DNA from: a virus
Taxonomy: Duplodnaviria > Heunggongvirae > Uroviricota > Caudoviricetes
Virus record (IMG/VR): IMGVR_UViG_2526164600_000002
Reading direction: 5' to 3' (one strand)
Length of the DNA stretch: 50,850 bases
Shown: positions 20,807-36,145 of the stretch, piece by piece
How positions within the stretch are numbered: the first letter of the stretch is position 1
How the letters are laid out: every line of letters starts with the position of its first letter
Translations under genes and position numbers: made by a program
Notes under the pieces: generated by a model
The model's database searches: none
Told to the model about the DNA's origin: nothing
Seen by the model: the letters and a program-made list of their open reading frames with translations, nothing else

Positions 20807-21202
20807 TTATTGCATTCTGGCCAGGCCGCGCTCTGTCATTTCAGCTGCCACACCGGCAGAGACACGGAACGCCGTTCCCGGCAGCACAAATGCCACAGGC
20901 TCATCCCGCGTGGCGTGAAGTGCATCAGTATGCAGCGTCACCAGTGCCACGACCGTGACCAGAGCAGCCGTATCAATCACGGTATCCGGCTGCGCTGATA
21001 CCACCTCATTTTCATGTCCGGTCAGCGCATTTTCCGGGCTGACAGATGTGTCCTGACCGGCAGCGTCATCCGTGTCATCAAGCTCCTCTTCCAGCTCTGC
21101 CACACGGAGCACCAGTTCTTCTTTCGTCCCCGTCAGGCTGACATCACGGTTCAGTTGCTCACCCAGCACCTGAAGACGGGCAATCAGTTCATCTTTCGTC
21201 AT
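20807..21202 (-). CDS. FI: DNA packaging protein FI (start at MTKDEL inside ORF 20807..21241)
   Basis: ORF track; 131 aa from internal Met, matching lambda gpFI. Confidence 0.85.
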   Translation of the reverse strand: MTKDELIARLQVLGEQLNRDVSLTGTKEELVLRVAELEEELDDTDDAAGQDTSVSPENALTGHENEVVSAQPDTVIDTAALVTVVALVTLHTDALHATRDEPVAFVLPGTAFRVSAGVAAEMTERGLARMQ

Positions 21203-21243
21203 GGACTCCTCCACAGAGAGAAAATGGCCCCGAAGGGCCATGA

Positions 21244-22269
21244 TTACGCCAGTTGTACGGACACGAACGCATCAGGGTCAGCCAGCAGCATCAGCGGTGC
21301 TGACTGAATCATGGTGAACTCACGCGCCGGATCGCCGGTGGTCACCCAGTTTTTCGGGTAGCGGGCAGAGGCGTTAATACCTTCGCGCTGTGCGTCCGCA
21401 TCCTGAATGCAGCCATAGGTGCGCAGACCGCGTGCCTGAGTGTTCCCCAGCACCATCGTGTTGTCCGGCAGGAAGTTCTTTTTGACGTCGTTTTCCACGT
21501 ACTGTCCGGAATACACGACGATCGCCGTATCGCCATACATCCCCTTATAGGACACCGCTTCGCCCAGGTCTTTTACCGCTGTCTCCAGCTCGGAATTAGA
21601 GCCGCGACGGGTATCCAGCTTCTCCTTGACGGCTTTGAAGGAACGGAACAGCGCCCAGCCTTTCGGATCAAACACGATGATATTCACCACACCGCTGGCG
21701 TTCAGCGCGTAGGCTTCGATATCGTCGGTCGGGTCATACGTGGACTTGTCACGCTTGCTCCACTCCGTACCGCCGGACTGTGTGATGTTGTTCGCCGCAC
21801 TGCGGCCCATATCCACCTCAACCGGATCGAAGGCTTCACCGGTCATGGTGTATTTGCCCTTAAGCACAGCAGAAACTGCCTGCATCTCTTCGACCTGAGC
21901 AATGGCCAGCTCTTCGTCTCGCATGTTCTGCATGATGATGCGACGGCGGCGGTAAGCCGGGTCCGCCAGATTCTGCGGATCTTCATCCGGCAGGCGACGC
22001 AGGGTCATCTGCGGATTCACCTCATGCTTGGGTTTGACATATCCCGGCGTAAATTCAGAGGTGGAGCCGCCACGGGAACGGATAACCTCACCGGAAACAA
22101 TCGGCGAAACGTACAGCGCCATGTTTACCAGTCCCGGAATTTGTGAGAGATAGACTTTCTCCGTGGTGAAGGGATAGCTCTCACGGAAAAAGAGACGCAG
22201 AAACAGCGGATCAAACTTAAATTTCTGCTCATTTGCCGCCAGCAGCTGGGCGGTTGTGTACATCGACAT
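21244..22269 (-). CDS. E: Major capsid protein E
   Basis: ORF track 341 aa (lambda gpE length). Confidence 0.9.
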   Translation of the reverse strand: MSMYTTAQLLAANEQKFKFDPLFLRLFFRESYPFTTEKVYLSQIPGLVNMALYVSPIVSGEVIRSRGGSTSEFTPGYVKPKHEVNPQMTLRRLPDEDPQNLADPAYRRRRIIMQNMRDEELAIAQVEEMQAVSAVLKGKYTMTGEAFDPVEVDMGRSAANNITQSGGTEWSKRDKSTYDPTDDIEAYALNASGVVNIIVFDPKGWALFRSFKAVKEKLDTRRGSNSELETAVKDLGEAVSYKGMYGDTAIVVYSGQYVENDVKKNFLPDNTMVLGNTQARGLRTYGCIQDADAQREGINASARYPKNWVTTGDPAREFTMIQSAPLMLLADPDAFVSVQLA

Positions 22270-22323
22270 AAAAAAATCCCGTAAAAAAGCCGCACAGGCG
22301 GCCTTTAGTGATGAAGGGTAAGG

Positions 22324-22656
22324 TTAAACGATGCTGATTGCCGTTCCGGCAAACGCGGTCCGTTTTTTCGTCTCGTCGCTGGCAGCCTCCGGCCAGAGCA
22401 CATCCTCATAACGGAACGTGCCGGACTTGTAGAACGTCAGCGTGGTGCTGGTCTGGTCAGCATCAACCGCCAGAATGCCAACGGCAGTACCGTCGGTGGT
22501 GCCATCCCACGCAACCAGCTTACGGGTGGAGGTGTCCAGCATCAGCGGGGTCATTGCAGGCGCTTTCGCACTCAATCCGCCGGGCGCGGTTGCCGTATGT
22601 GCCGGGTCACTGTTGCCCAGCGGCTGGTAATGGGTAAAGGTTTCTTTGCTCGTCAT
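22324..22656 (-). CDS. D: Capsid decoration protein D (start at MTSKETF inside ORF 22324..22662)
   Basis: ORF track; 110 aa from third codon. Confidence 0.9.
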   Translation of the reverse strand: MTSKETFTHYQPLGNSDPAHTATAPGGLSAKAPAMTPLMLDTSTRKLVAWDGTTDGTAVGILAVDADQTSTTLTFYKSGTFRYEDVLWPEAASDETKKRTAFAGTAISIV

Positions 22657-22665
22657 AAACATCCC

Positions 22666-23965
22666 TTACACTGGTGTGTTCAGCAAATCGTTAACGGCAT
22701 CAGATGCCGGGTTACCTGCAGCCAGTGGTGCCGGTGCCCCCTGCATCAGACGATCCAGCGCAGTGTCACTGCGCGCCTGTGCACTCTGTGGTGCAGCTGC
22801 CAGAATGCGGCGGGCCGTTTCCACGGTCATACCGGGGGTTTCGGCCAGCACACGTGCCTGTTCTTCGCGTCCGTGAGCTTCCTCACAGTTGAGGATCCCC
22901 ATAATGCGGCTGTTTTCTGCCGCAACCGCAGCGGTGATCTGCGCGTTCACGTCCGGCTGCGCCGCGCTGGCGTTTTCGCCCTCCGTCGCTTGCACCACGT
23001 CAGTAACGTCAGCCTGCGAAGCAGTGGCTGAAACAGTTGTTGATTGAGTCTCTTTGGTCATTCGCCCTCCTGAGAGACGGGATTTACGTGCATCCAGTGC
23101 ATCACGCATAACGGTGATCGCATCGGTGCTGTTGACAAGTTCATCAGCCAGTCCGGCATCAATGGCCTCCTGACCGCTGTACATTGCAGCCTCGGTATCC
23201 AGCACAGCCTGCACGGACAGGCCGGTATATGCCGACACCTTCTGCGCAAACATCCGGCGGGTTGCATCCATCCGGGACTGCAGTGTCTCCCGGACATCAC
23301 CCGGTAGATGGCTGTAGGGGTTGCCATCCACCTTATGGCTGCCGCTGTAAATCAGCGTGATTTCCACGCCCTGTTTCTCCAGCGCAGCGCCGTAATTACT
23401 GTGAGCCATCATGACGCCGATGGAGCCTGTCCGGGCGGTCTGCGTGACCAGACGCCGGGAGGCGGCGCTGGCAAGCAGCTGACCTGCACTGCAGTTCATG
23501 TCGTTGGCCAGCGCCCATACCGGCTTTATGTCACGCACACGGGCGATGATGTCAGCACAGTCAAATGCTCCCGCCACCATCCCGCCCGGTGTGTCCATAT
23601 CGAGCAGAATGCCGTCCACCATCGGATCGCTGGCAGCCTGTTGCAGACGAGCGATAATGCCGTTGTAACCGGTCATTCCCGAATACGGCTGCAGCGCCCG
23701 CGTCCGGCTGACCAGCGTACCGGACACCGGCAGCACGGCGATGCCGTTCATGACCTGATAACTGCGGGCCTGTCGTGGTCCGTCATCATCACCGGATAAC
23801 GCCAGCGCCGCGGGTGCCTCTCCGGCAGTCAGGCTATCGCCGGATACTGCATCCGTCAGGCGACTGATCCCAAGCTGGCCTGCAAGCGCACAAAAGAAAA
23901 CCCGCGCATAGGCGGGTTCAAGCATCAGCGGCTCATTAAAAGCCATGCTGGCAATATGCGGGAGA

Positions 23966-23985
<20 letters not shown>
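22666..23985 (-). CDS. C: Capsid assembly protease/scaffold C (GTG start at VTAELRN; scaffold Nu3 is encoded in-frame within its 3' part)
   Basis: ORF track 22666..24120; 439 aa from the VTAELRNLPHIASMAFNEPL start; 20-bp overlap with B as in lambda. Confidence 0.85.
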
Positions 23986-27665
<3,680 letters not shown>

Positions 27666-27691
<26 letters not shown>

Positions 27692-28211
27692 TCAGCAACC
27701 CCGGTATCAGTTCATCCAGCGCGGCTGCTTTGTTCATGGCTTTGATGATATCCCGTTTCAGGAAATCAACATGTCGGTTTTCCAGTTCCGGAAAACGCCG
27801 CTGCACCGACAGGGGGATCCCGTCGAGAATACTGGCAATTTCACCTGCGATCCGCGACAGCACGAAAGTACAGAATGCGGTTTCCACCACTTCAGCGGAG
27901 TCTCTGGCATTTTTCAGCTCCTGTGCGTCGGCCTGCGCACGCGTAAGTCGATGGCGTTCGTACTCAATAGTCCCTGGCTGGAGATCTGTCTCGCTGGCCT
28001 GCCGCAGTTCTTCAACTTCCCGGCGCAGCTTTTCGTTCTCAATTTCAGCATCCCTTTCGGCATACCATCTTATAACGGCGGCAGAGTCATAAAGCACCTC
28101 ATTACCCTTGCCACCGCCTCGCAGAACGGGCATTCCCTGTTCCTGCCAGTTCTGAATGGTACGGATACTCGCACCGAAAATGTCAGCCAGCTGCTTTTTG
28201 TTGACTTCCAT
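27666..28211 (-). CDS. nu1: Terminase small subunit Nu1
   Basis: ORF track 181 aa; N-terminus MEVNKKQLADIFGASIRTIQNWQEQGMP as lambda Nu1. Confidence 0.9.
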
Positions 28212-28388
28212 TGTTCATTCCACGGCCAAAAACAGAGAAAGGAAACGACAGAGGCCCAAAAGCTCGTTTTCAGCACCTGTCGTTTCCTTTCTTTTCAGGG
28301 GGTATTTTAAATAAAAACATTAAGTTACGACGAAGAAGAACGGAAATGCCTTAAACCGGAAAATTTTCATAAATAGCGAAAACCCGCG

Positions 28389-28400
28389 AGGTCGCCGCCC
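28389..28400 (-). other. cosN cohesive-end site (12-nt GGGCGGCGACCT on minus strand); cosB lies between it and Nu1, cosQ on the other side
   Basis: Plus strand AGGTCGCCGCCC at 28389-28400; flanking sequence matches my recollection of lambda left and right ends. Confidence 0.85.
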
Positions 28401-28599
28401 CGTAACCTGTCGGATCGCCGGAAAGGACCCGCAAAATGATAATAATTATCATCTGCATGTCACAACGTGCATCTACGCCATCAAACCACGTCAAATAATC
28501 AATTATGACGCAGATATCGTATTAATTGATCTGCATCAACTTAACGTAAAAACAACTTCAGACAATACAAATCAGCGACACTGAATACGGGACAACCTC

Positions 28600-28833
28600 A
28601 TGTCAACGAAGAACAGAACCCGCAGAACAACAACCCGCAACATCCGCTTTCCTAACCAAATGATTGAACAAATTAACATCGCTCTTGAGCAAAAAGGGTC
28701 CGGGAATTTCTCAGCCTGGGTCATTGAAGCCTGCCGCCGGAGACTGTGCTCAGAAAAAAGAGTTTCTTCTGAAGCAAACAAAGAAAAGAGTGACATTACT
28801 GAATTGCTCAGAAAACAGGTCAGACCAGATTGA
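28600..28833 (+). CDS. Hypothetical small protein, possible ribbon-helix-helix DNA-binding fold
   Basis: ORF track 77 aa; basic N-terminus then NIRFPNQMIEQINIALEQKGSGNFSAWVIEACRRRL resembling RHH (Arc/CopG-like) proteins. Confidence 0.4.
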   Translation: MSTKNRTRRTTTRNIRFPNQMIEQINIALEQKGSGNFSAWVIEACRRRLCSEKRVSSEANKEKSDITELLRKQVRPD

Positions 28834-28875
28834 AGCAATTTAGATAATCGTGCAGACTACGCCCCCTCATATCAC

Positions 28876-29301
28876 ATGGAAGGTTTATCTATGGATCAGG
28901 TAGTCATTTTTAAACAAATATTTGATAAAGTTCGAAACGATTTAAACTATCAATGGTTTTATTCTGAGCTAAAACGTCACAATGTCTCACATTACATTTA
29001 CTATTTAGCCACAGAGAATGTTCATATTGTATTAAAAAATGATAATACAGTGTTATTAAAGGGCCTAAAAAACATTGTGTCTGTCAAATTTTCAAAGGAT
29101 AGGCATCTTATAGAAACGACCTCTAATAAGCTGAAATCCAGAGAGATCACATTTCAGGAATACAGAAGAAACCTTGCTAAAGCAGGAGTTTTTCGGTGGG
29201 TTACAAATATCCACGAACAAAAAAGATATTACTATACCTTTGATAATTCATTACTATTTACTGAAAGCATCCAGAAAACTACACAGATCTTACCACGCTA
29301 A
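28876..29301 (+). CDS. ydfO: YdfO-like protein (DUF1398 family)
   Basis: ORF track 141 aa; position after the packaging genes as in K-12 Qin; family assignment from recollection. Confidence 0.55.
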
Positions 29302-29452
29302 ACCATAACGTCCGGCTTCTCTCACTCCTGAGCCGGACTGCATTGGTTTAATAAAAACCATCAACAATTGTGATTTAGATATTCGGAACCATTCAAATAT
29401 AACAAAACCCCGTAAAAACGAGGTTTATGGATAAATTTTATTATTGAATACA

Positions 29453-29628
29453 TCAGATTAAATTAATCTTGACATCATAGCTTTCAAGACCCGTCATTTT
29501 TTCCCGTGCGGTAAACTGAATACTGGTAACTTCTTTCCCGGTCTTTTTCTTAAGTTCAATAATTTTTTTGTTATATATTCAGAAATATCTGCTTCTGCTT
29601 TTGTTTTTAAGTTTTCAATATTCATCAT
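29453..29628 (-). pseudogene. gnsB: Gns-family small protein (GnsB-like) with apparent 1-bp frameshift in an A7 run
   Basis: Manual translation: N-terminal frame MMNIENLKTKAEADISEYITKK, then second frame IIELKKKTGKEVTSIQFTAREKMTGLESYDVKINLI; junction at T7 run 29563-29569. Confidence 0.55.
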
Positions 29629-29796
29629 TTCCTCTTTTAGTCTGTTATGACTTTCCAGTTACACAGTAAGTCGATTATATGGTGCAAACGTGTAAAAGAT
29701 AAGATGAAACATCGCAATAATCAACATACGATAGTCTAAATTTTACACAAACAGACAAAGAGAATTTTCCTGAATTATCAATGCAATAGCATCAAA

Positions 29797-30069
29797 TCAA
29801 CTCAAGAGCCTTATTGCTGCTTCCAGAATTTCTTCTGAAGTAACATGTCGATCCGCGGCTACATAAATGACTTTATGATCTCCGGTCAGAGATGGAAACC
29901 CTGCGGCCATTACAGTAAGGTGTGTTTTTTCGCCATTTGGATATTCACGCATGATGGTGTTAACTCCAGTCATCGCTGGCACTACCACTGCTGGTTCAGA
30001 GTTAAAAAAAACTATGATTTTTTTCATGATGTTACCGTAGTATGTGAGTATCCATCGAATAGACACCAA
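29797..30069 (-). CDS. Hypothetical protein (position of ynfN in Qin; a 51-aa version would start at MREYPNGEK, about 29797..29952)
   Basis: ORF track 90 aa; no recognisable motif; start uncertain. Confidence 0.35.
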   Translation of the reverse strand: MVSIRWILTYYGNIMKKIIVFFNSEPAVVVPAMTGVNTIMREYPNGEKTHLTVMAAGFPSLTGDHKVIYVAADRHVTSEEILEAAIRLLS

Positions 30070-30298
30070 GCCAAAAAGCTCCCGAAGGAGCCTTCATTTT
30101 CACTTTTTTAAATCCAACGACAGACGGCTGGCATTTAAGTATTGTGAAATATTATCAAATGTAATCATCATTGATTTACAAAAGATACATTTTGCCCCGA
30201 AAGGATTCATGTCAGAAACATCAAAAGATGATGTTCTATACTGGGAACCATGACAACACGGGCATCTAAAGTGAATATGGTTTGTAATATTGTCTACC

Positions 30299-30511
30299 TC
30301 AAAGCGCCACTACATGAACAGCGGCAGGACCTTTAGGTCCGTTCTCAATACCAAATTCAACTTCCTGATTCTCAGTTAATGTTTTGAAATCGTTGCTCTG
30401 AATTGCTGAGAAATGGACAAACACATCTTTGCTGCCATCTTTCGGCGTGATGAAACCAAAACCTTTTTCAGGGTTAAACCATTTCACTAAACCAGTCATT
30501 TTGTTAGACAT
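30299..30511 (-). CDS. cspI: Cold shock protein CspI (CspA family, 70 aa)
   Basis: ORF track; [27 protein letters not shown] cold-shock domain; long AT-rich 5' leader upstream. Confidence 0.9.
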   Translation of the reverse strand: MSNKMTGLVKWFNPEKGFGFITPKDGSKDVFVHFSAIQSNDFKTLTENQEVEFGIENGPKGPAAVHVVAL

Positions 30512-30873
30512 AATTATTACCTTTTGAAGAAATTAGCCCTTGGGCAGAATGGTCCGAAAAAAAATATCAGAGAGAAAAACCAACAAGGAAATCTCAAGAG
30601 GTACAAATAATAAAATTATAACAATGACTGCTTCAGATAAATTTGTAACAAACCAGAACACCATTAACGCATGATTAACCACCCATAGCAAGGATTACTT
30701 TTGTAAAGAAAAACACAGCAATGAAAGAATAGCTTTATTTATTAATAAAACGTGTCATTCTGATTAAGACCTTTTATCTTACCCTTAAGATTTCAGGAAT
30801 TTTGGCTCATGGAAGAGTCCTTTTTATTTAAATTTTACATTCCGCGATGTAAATGTTCCGATTTAATATTACC

Positions 30874-31897
<1,024 letters not shown>

Positions 31898-31901
<4 letters not shown>

Positions 31902-32209
31902 AGATATTTATGATGAGGACGCTCGTGCTTATTGGCAGGATTTTCAATCTTAAAGGAGTACTGATGCTGCAGATAAGACTCAACTTTTTCTGACAATTTT
32001 TCTGCTACTTCCAGGAAGACTTGCCGGACGCTCCTTCTGGCTGCTGCCTCATAAAACTCCAGCGCAGCTCCTTCAACACGGTCCATGGCGACATCCAGGT
32101 CAAAAATTTCACCGTCAAAGCGTTCTTTGTCCTGTAAGGCTACAGTTACCGTAACTTTATTCTCAAAATTACGGACTCCTTTCACAACCAGTTCATAGTC
32201 TTGAGTCAT
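31898..32209 (-). CDS. ydfR: YdfR-like protein (DUF1327), between holin and endolysin
   Basis: ORF track 103 aa; position as in Qin. Confidence 0.6.
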
Positions 32210-32213
32210 TGGA

Positions 32214-32429
32214 TTACTCTCCTCTCGCAGCCTTACGCCTGTCTTCTTTAATCTTGAAATAAAGATTTGTCAGATACGTCAGCAGGCCAAAAACCAGGCT
32301 ACCCAGCACACCGATTGCAGCCCACTGTGACGGAGTTACTTTATCGAGTAACTGCAATGCCCAGAAACCAGCATTACCCGCCGATGTGCCATAGGCAACA
32401 CCTGTTGTTAACTTATCCATTGATTTCAT
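32214..32429 (-). CDS. essQ: Holin S (phage 21 S-type pinholin, dual-start MKSM)
   Basis: ORF 32214..32504; from [18 protein letters not shown]... gives 71 aa with two TM segments and charged C-terminus. Confidence 0.8.
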   Translation of the reverse strand: MKSMDKLTTGVAYGTSAGNAGFWALQLLDKVTPSQWAAIGVLGSLVFGLLTYLTNLYFKIKEDRRKAARGE

Positions 32430-32596
32430 ATCCTCACCCCGATGTACACGGATGGTGCAATATGTTTGAAAAGATCGGAGTCTACGGGGTAGTTTTGACA
32501 GCACACGTTGTTCTCAACGGCGCTAAAAAACATACACATTAAAAATGTGGGTAATTATTTTGAAAGAAAATCATATATAAAATAATAATACGAGAA

Positions 32597-32818
32597 ATGT
32601 TTTCATATTTAGTGTACTGTATACGGCCATTTATACAGGAAATGCCTATGTCAGAACGTAAAGACTCAAAATCACGCCGTAATTATCTCGTTAAATGTTC
32701 CTGCCCAAACTGCACCCAAGAGTCAGAACACAGTTTTTCAAGAGTACAAAAAGGTGCCCTTTTGATCTGCCCTCATTGCAACAAAGTATTCCAGACAAAT
32801 CTTAAAGCTGTAGCCTGA
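32597..32818 (+). CDS. Hypothetical small zinc-ribbon protein (CPNC...CPHC)
   Basis: ORF track 73 aa; two CxxC pairs; probable start at an internal Met. Confidence 0.35.
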   Translation: MFSYLVYCIRPFIQEMPMSERKDSKSRRNYLVKCSCPNCTQESEHSFSRVQKGALLICPHCNKVFQTNLKAVA

Positions 32819-33180
32819 TTGATTTTATTAGTAACAAGTATTTTTATATTTTAATAATATATTTAAAGCAGATAATAAAAAACCCGCCTGAGCGGGTTTG
32901 AGATTGTGGTGCTTTTTGTGGGAGTCATCCACTTACGCACTTTGTTTTGCGATGCCAGCAGTTAGCTTCTGCTGTGAAACTATTCATGCAGCAAACCTGC
33001 ACTTCACCACAATGGTTAGCATACTTTTCCTGATTAAGATTTTGCCAAATATGCTGGCCATTGTTTCATGTATTGGACCTCCTTACTTTTTATTAAAGAG
33101 ATCCAATATTCACTACTCTGTCCGTATCTCTACTCAGGCATCAGCCTTCTTCGTTATCGTATACAGACGAGCGATGAATT

Positions 33181-33396
33181 TTAATCAGTAATGATGACAT
33201 TTACTGCTGCAGGACCTTTAGCACCACTCTCTATAGAGAAGGTAACCTTTTGACCTTCAAATAAGGTTCGATAATTATCATTCTGAATCGCAGAAAAATG
33301 CACAAACACATCTTTACTACCATCAACAGGAGAAATAAAGCCGAAACCTTTATCAGCGTTAAACCATTTTACTAAACCAGTCATTTTATTTGACAT
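33181..33396 (-). CDS. cspB: Cold shock protein CspB (71 aa)
   Basis: ORF track; CspA-family cold-shock domain. Confidence 0.9.
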   Translation of the reverse strand: MSNKMTGLVKWFNADKGFGFISPVDGSKDVFVHFSAIQNDNYRTLFEGQKVTFSIESGAKGPAAVNVIITD

Positions 33397-33706
33397 TCTA
33401 CATTCCTTAACTTGAGCCTTTCGGCATAAATGGTTTGCATAACAGAAACGACTTCGTACTTAATTGGAGAGACTCAAAGAAGGAATAAGTGAATAACACC
33501 TGAAATGAGAACTGCTTTAGTAAACTACTTCGTATATCGTCTGTTCTTCAAACCGACGCAGTCATTAACTCATAGTTGAACATATGAAGCAATGTTTATT
33601 TTAGACATCCAGCCACCTTCAATCCTATCAAAAAAGTAGTTTTCTCCAGGAACGTGTGTATGGTGCACCAGGTTATCAGTATTAAGGAGTTTTTCTGTCC
33701 CCTAAA

Positions 33707-33907
33707 ATGACAGGAATTGTCAAAAACTTTGACGGCAAAAGCGGCAAGGGTCTTATCACCCCATCCGATGGTCGTATCGATGTCCAGCTTCATGTTTCAG
33801 CGCTCAATCTCCGCGATGCAGAAGAAATTACCACCGGATTACGCGTGGAATTTTACCGGATAAATGGTCTGCGTGGCCCTTCAGCTGCCAATGTTTACCT
33901 TTCATGA
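33707..33907 (+). CDS. cspF: Cold shock protein CspF-like (start may lie 4 codons upstream at a non-ATG codon)
   Basis: ORF track 66 aa; divergent from cspB as in Qin. Confidence 0.8.
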   Translation: MTGIVKNFDGKSGKGLITPSDGRIDVQLHVSALNLRDAEEITTGLRVEFYRINGLRGPSAANVYLS

Positions 33908-34196
33908 GCTATATTAAAGCTTTAATTTCAGGCCCCATCGGATCACACATGGAGAGTTTTTATGAATAACCCCGTCTGTCTTGATGACTGGTTGATTGGC
34001 TTTAAAATCTTATGCTGTACTTTGGCCGTAATAGCTCTGCTAATAATATAATAAGCAGACTCATTGTGTTTAGGGACATTGTACTGGAAGAAAACATTTT
34101 AAACATCAGGCAAATAACCAAGTCACCAGCTAAATAATAAGTTAACAGACATGAGTCCCGGGATGAGATTCAACATTACCATTGCCCCATTTAAAG

Positions 34197-34228
34197 CACA
34201 AAACCCGCTCATCAGCGGGTTTTCTACT
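34197..34228. terminator. Hairpin AAACCCGC-TCATCA-GCGGGTTT flanked by T-runs on both strands; candidate tR' (late) and cspF terminator
   Basis: Inverted repeat at 34201-34222 with T-rich tracts on each side. Confidence 0.5.
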
Positions 34229-34261
34229 TTTTCTTAACGTCGGGTATACAAAGCCCATCGT

Positions 34262-34297
34262 TGAAAAAATTTTATCCATATTTTTTGAAAAATGCAA
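34262..34297 (-). promoter_or_regulatory. Candidate late promoter PR' (minus strand -35 TTGCAT, 17-bp spacer, -10 TAAAAT) just downstream of Q
   Basis: Plus-strand ATGCAA at 34292-34297 and ATTTTA at 34269-34274; followed about 50 nt later by the hairpin terminator. Confidence 0.45.
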
Positions 34298-34328
34298 ACA
34301 TCATGTCGCCATCTTCAGCAAAAATCAT

Positions 34329-35081
34329 TTATCTCGTCACCTTCCTCAATTGCGCTTCCGCGTATGCTTCTTCCTGCCAGCACTTTGTTACCAGTTTACC
34401 AATGACGTCCGCATACCCCTTATACCACTGATAATCGGTCAGGTCTGGTACCAGCTTCTGGACATGACGTCGTGCCAGCGTGGTCGGTAAACGACTAAAC
34501 CGGTTTCCATTACAACGCCCACAAATCTTATATACCGGTACGCCATGAAACCGGGTTCTTTTTTCATCCAGAACAATCCCTTTACCCTTACACCCTCTGC
34601 ACGCTGTGCTGGCTTCGCCCTTACCATGGCAATGCTGACATAGTTCCTTCACCCATTCTTCCTTGATTACAGATTCCCCGCGTCTGTAGTGTTTCACCAC
34701 TTCGCGCAATACATTATAAAATCCCGTACCTGAACAATGCTCACAGCGAGCCTTACTTGCCGCAGACCTGGAGTAATCAGCAAAGGCAAAACTCACGAGG
34801 TAAGGAATAATCTGTAACCGGATTTCTTCACTCAATTTGTTCAATGTCGGGTTATCCAGTGCCATCGCGTAATTTAGCAGGCCTTCAATCGCAAACTGAG
34901 GGTCCTGAACACCAACTTTTGCCAGAAATAAGGCCAACCCAAGTGGTGCTTTCGACTGCACCATCCCCTGCGCTGCCATTACATCCGTAATTGTTAAACA
35001 ACCGGTGCCTGTCGCTGGAGCGTCATCGCTCAATTTTGGAGATTTTGGGGAGTAATATTTTGGTAAGGCTTCAAGGTTCAT
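34329..35081 (-). CDS. quuQ: Late-gene antiterminator Q (zinc-finger CxxC..CxxC)
   Basis: ORF 34329..35111; 250 aa from MNLEALPK; Cys-rich motifs CEHCSGTG...CQHCHGKG...CRGCKGKG...CGRC. Confidence 0.85.
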   Translation of the reverse strand: MNLEALPKYYSPKSPKLSDDAPATGTGCLTITDVMAAQGMVQSKAPLGLALFLAKVGVQDPQFAIEGLLNYAMALDNPTLNKLSEEIRLQIIPYLVSFAFADYSRSAASKARCEHCSGTGFYNVLREVVKHYRRGESVIKEEWVKELCQHCHGKGEASTACRGCKGKGIVLDEKRTRFHGVPVYKICGRCNGNRFSRLPTTLARRHVQKLVPDLTDYQWYKGYADVIGKLVTKCWQEEAYAEAQLRKVTR

Positions 35082-35094
35082 GCTCGTTCTCCAC

Positions 35095-36144
35095 TTACGC
35101 CAGTACGCCAATTGCCAGCGCGCGATCGATAAAACGAAATATCAGCTCCAGTTGGGAGCCATACTTATCTTCAAATGCCACTGTATCCGTATGCAGCTCG
35201 TTGTGATGCTTTCTGCACAAAGGCAACACAAAGAGATCATGTGCTTTTGTTCCCATTCCGCCCTGCCCGTGACCAATCAGATGATGCGGATCGTCGGCTG
35301 GCATACCGCAGCAAGCACACGGCTGTGTCTTAACCCAACGTGTGTATTTCTCCTTAACCCAGCGGCGACGTTTAGGCAGCTTCATGAAAGATTCCGGAGA
35401 CTCTGGATCAACGGTGATGCTTACCACCGTCTTTTCCTGTGGTGATTTTTGTTGCTGGTGGGCGTAAGGCAACGGTGCAAGATTTTTTGTGCGTTGTTTC
35501 AATATGCTGGTGGCGGTCTGCTCTCCCGGTACGATGTCGCTTTCGCGGTACACCGAGCAGATTTTTTCCGCTGGTAATCCCAGCGAACGACGCGATACAG
35601 CCTCAGGTAGTGCATCCACCACCTGATTGCAGACCGTCCACCAGGATAATTCAGCCAAAGATAATTCCCGCTCCTGCGTACCGCTTATTGCGTGACGGAT
35701 GACGTCAATCACCCATGCTGTCAGATTTTGTTGAGCAAGCAGCTCCAGTGATTCCGATGTCTGGTCACGCAGTTGGTTGTCGCAGTGCCAGCACAACACC
35801 ATTGCGCCGGTACCATAACGGTGAATGACTGTTTCAGTGTGATGGTAATCGCCATTAGGCCACTGGCAGGATGTAACATGACGTAATAGCCAGTCGGACA
35901 ATGCGCCAACGCCGCCAGCAGCACGAATCACCCGTTCGTTACTAAAAAACGGCAGCAATGTTTTGTCTTCCGCCAGCGGCTGGCGAACGGCAGGAACGAC
36001 TCCGGATGGCAGATTACGCATGCTTTTTGGTTCCGGTTCCACCAGCACTCGAGGATTATGAAATATCTGTATGGATTCACGGCCCGGCTTAAGGACCACC
36101 AGCCCAAGCTCAGGCACCAGAACAGGTCTAAGTAATACCCGCAC
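35095..36144 (-). CDS. ydfU: YdfU-like protein (DUF968) with C-terminal HNH-like nuclease motif
   Basis: ORF 35095..36183; GTG start at codon 14 gives 349 aa; CCGMPADDPHHLIGHG...CRKHHNELH motif. Confidence 0.7.
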   Translation of the reverse strand: MRVLLRPVLVPELGLVVLKPGRESIQIFHNPRVLVEPEPKSMRNLPSGVVPAVRQPLAEDKTLLPFFSNERVIRAAGGVGALSDWLLRHVTSCQWPNGDYHHTETVIHRYGTGAMVLCWHCDNQLRDQTSESLELLAQQNLTAWVIDVIRHAISGTQERELSLAELSWWTVCNQVVDALPEAVSRRSLGLPAEKICSVYRESDIVPGEQTATSILKQRTKNLAPLPYAHQQQKSPQEKTVVSITVDPESPESFMKLPKRRRWVKEKYTRWVKTQPCACCGMPADDPHHLIGHGQGGMGTKAHDLFVLPLCRKHHNELHTDTVAFEDKYGSQLELIFRFIDRALAIGVLA

Positions 36145-36145
36145 G

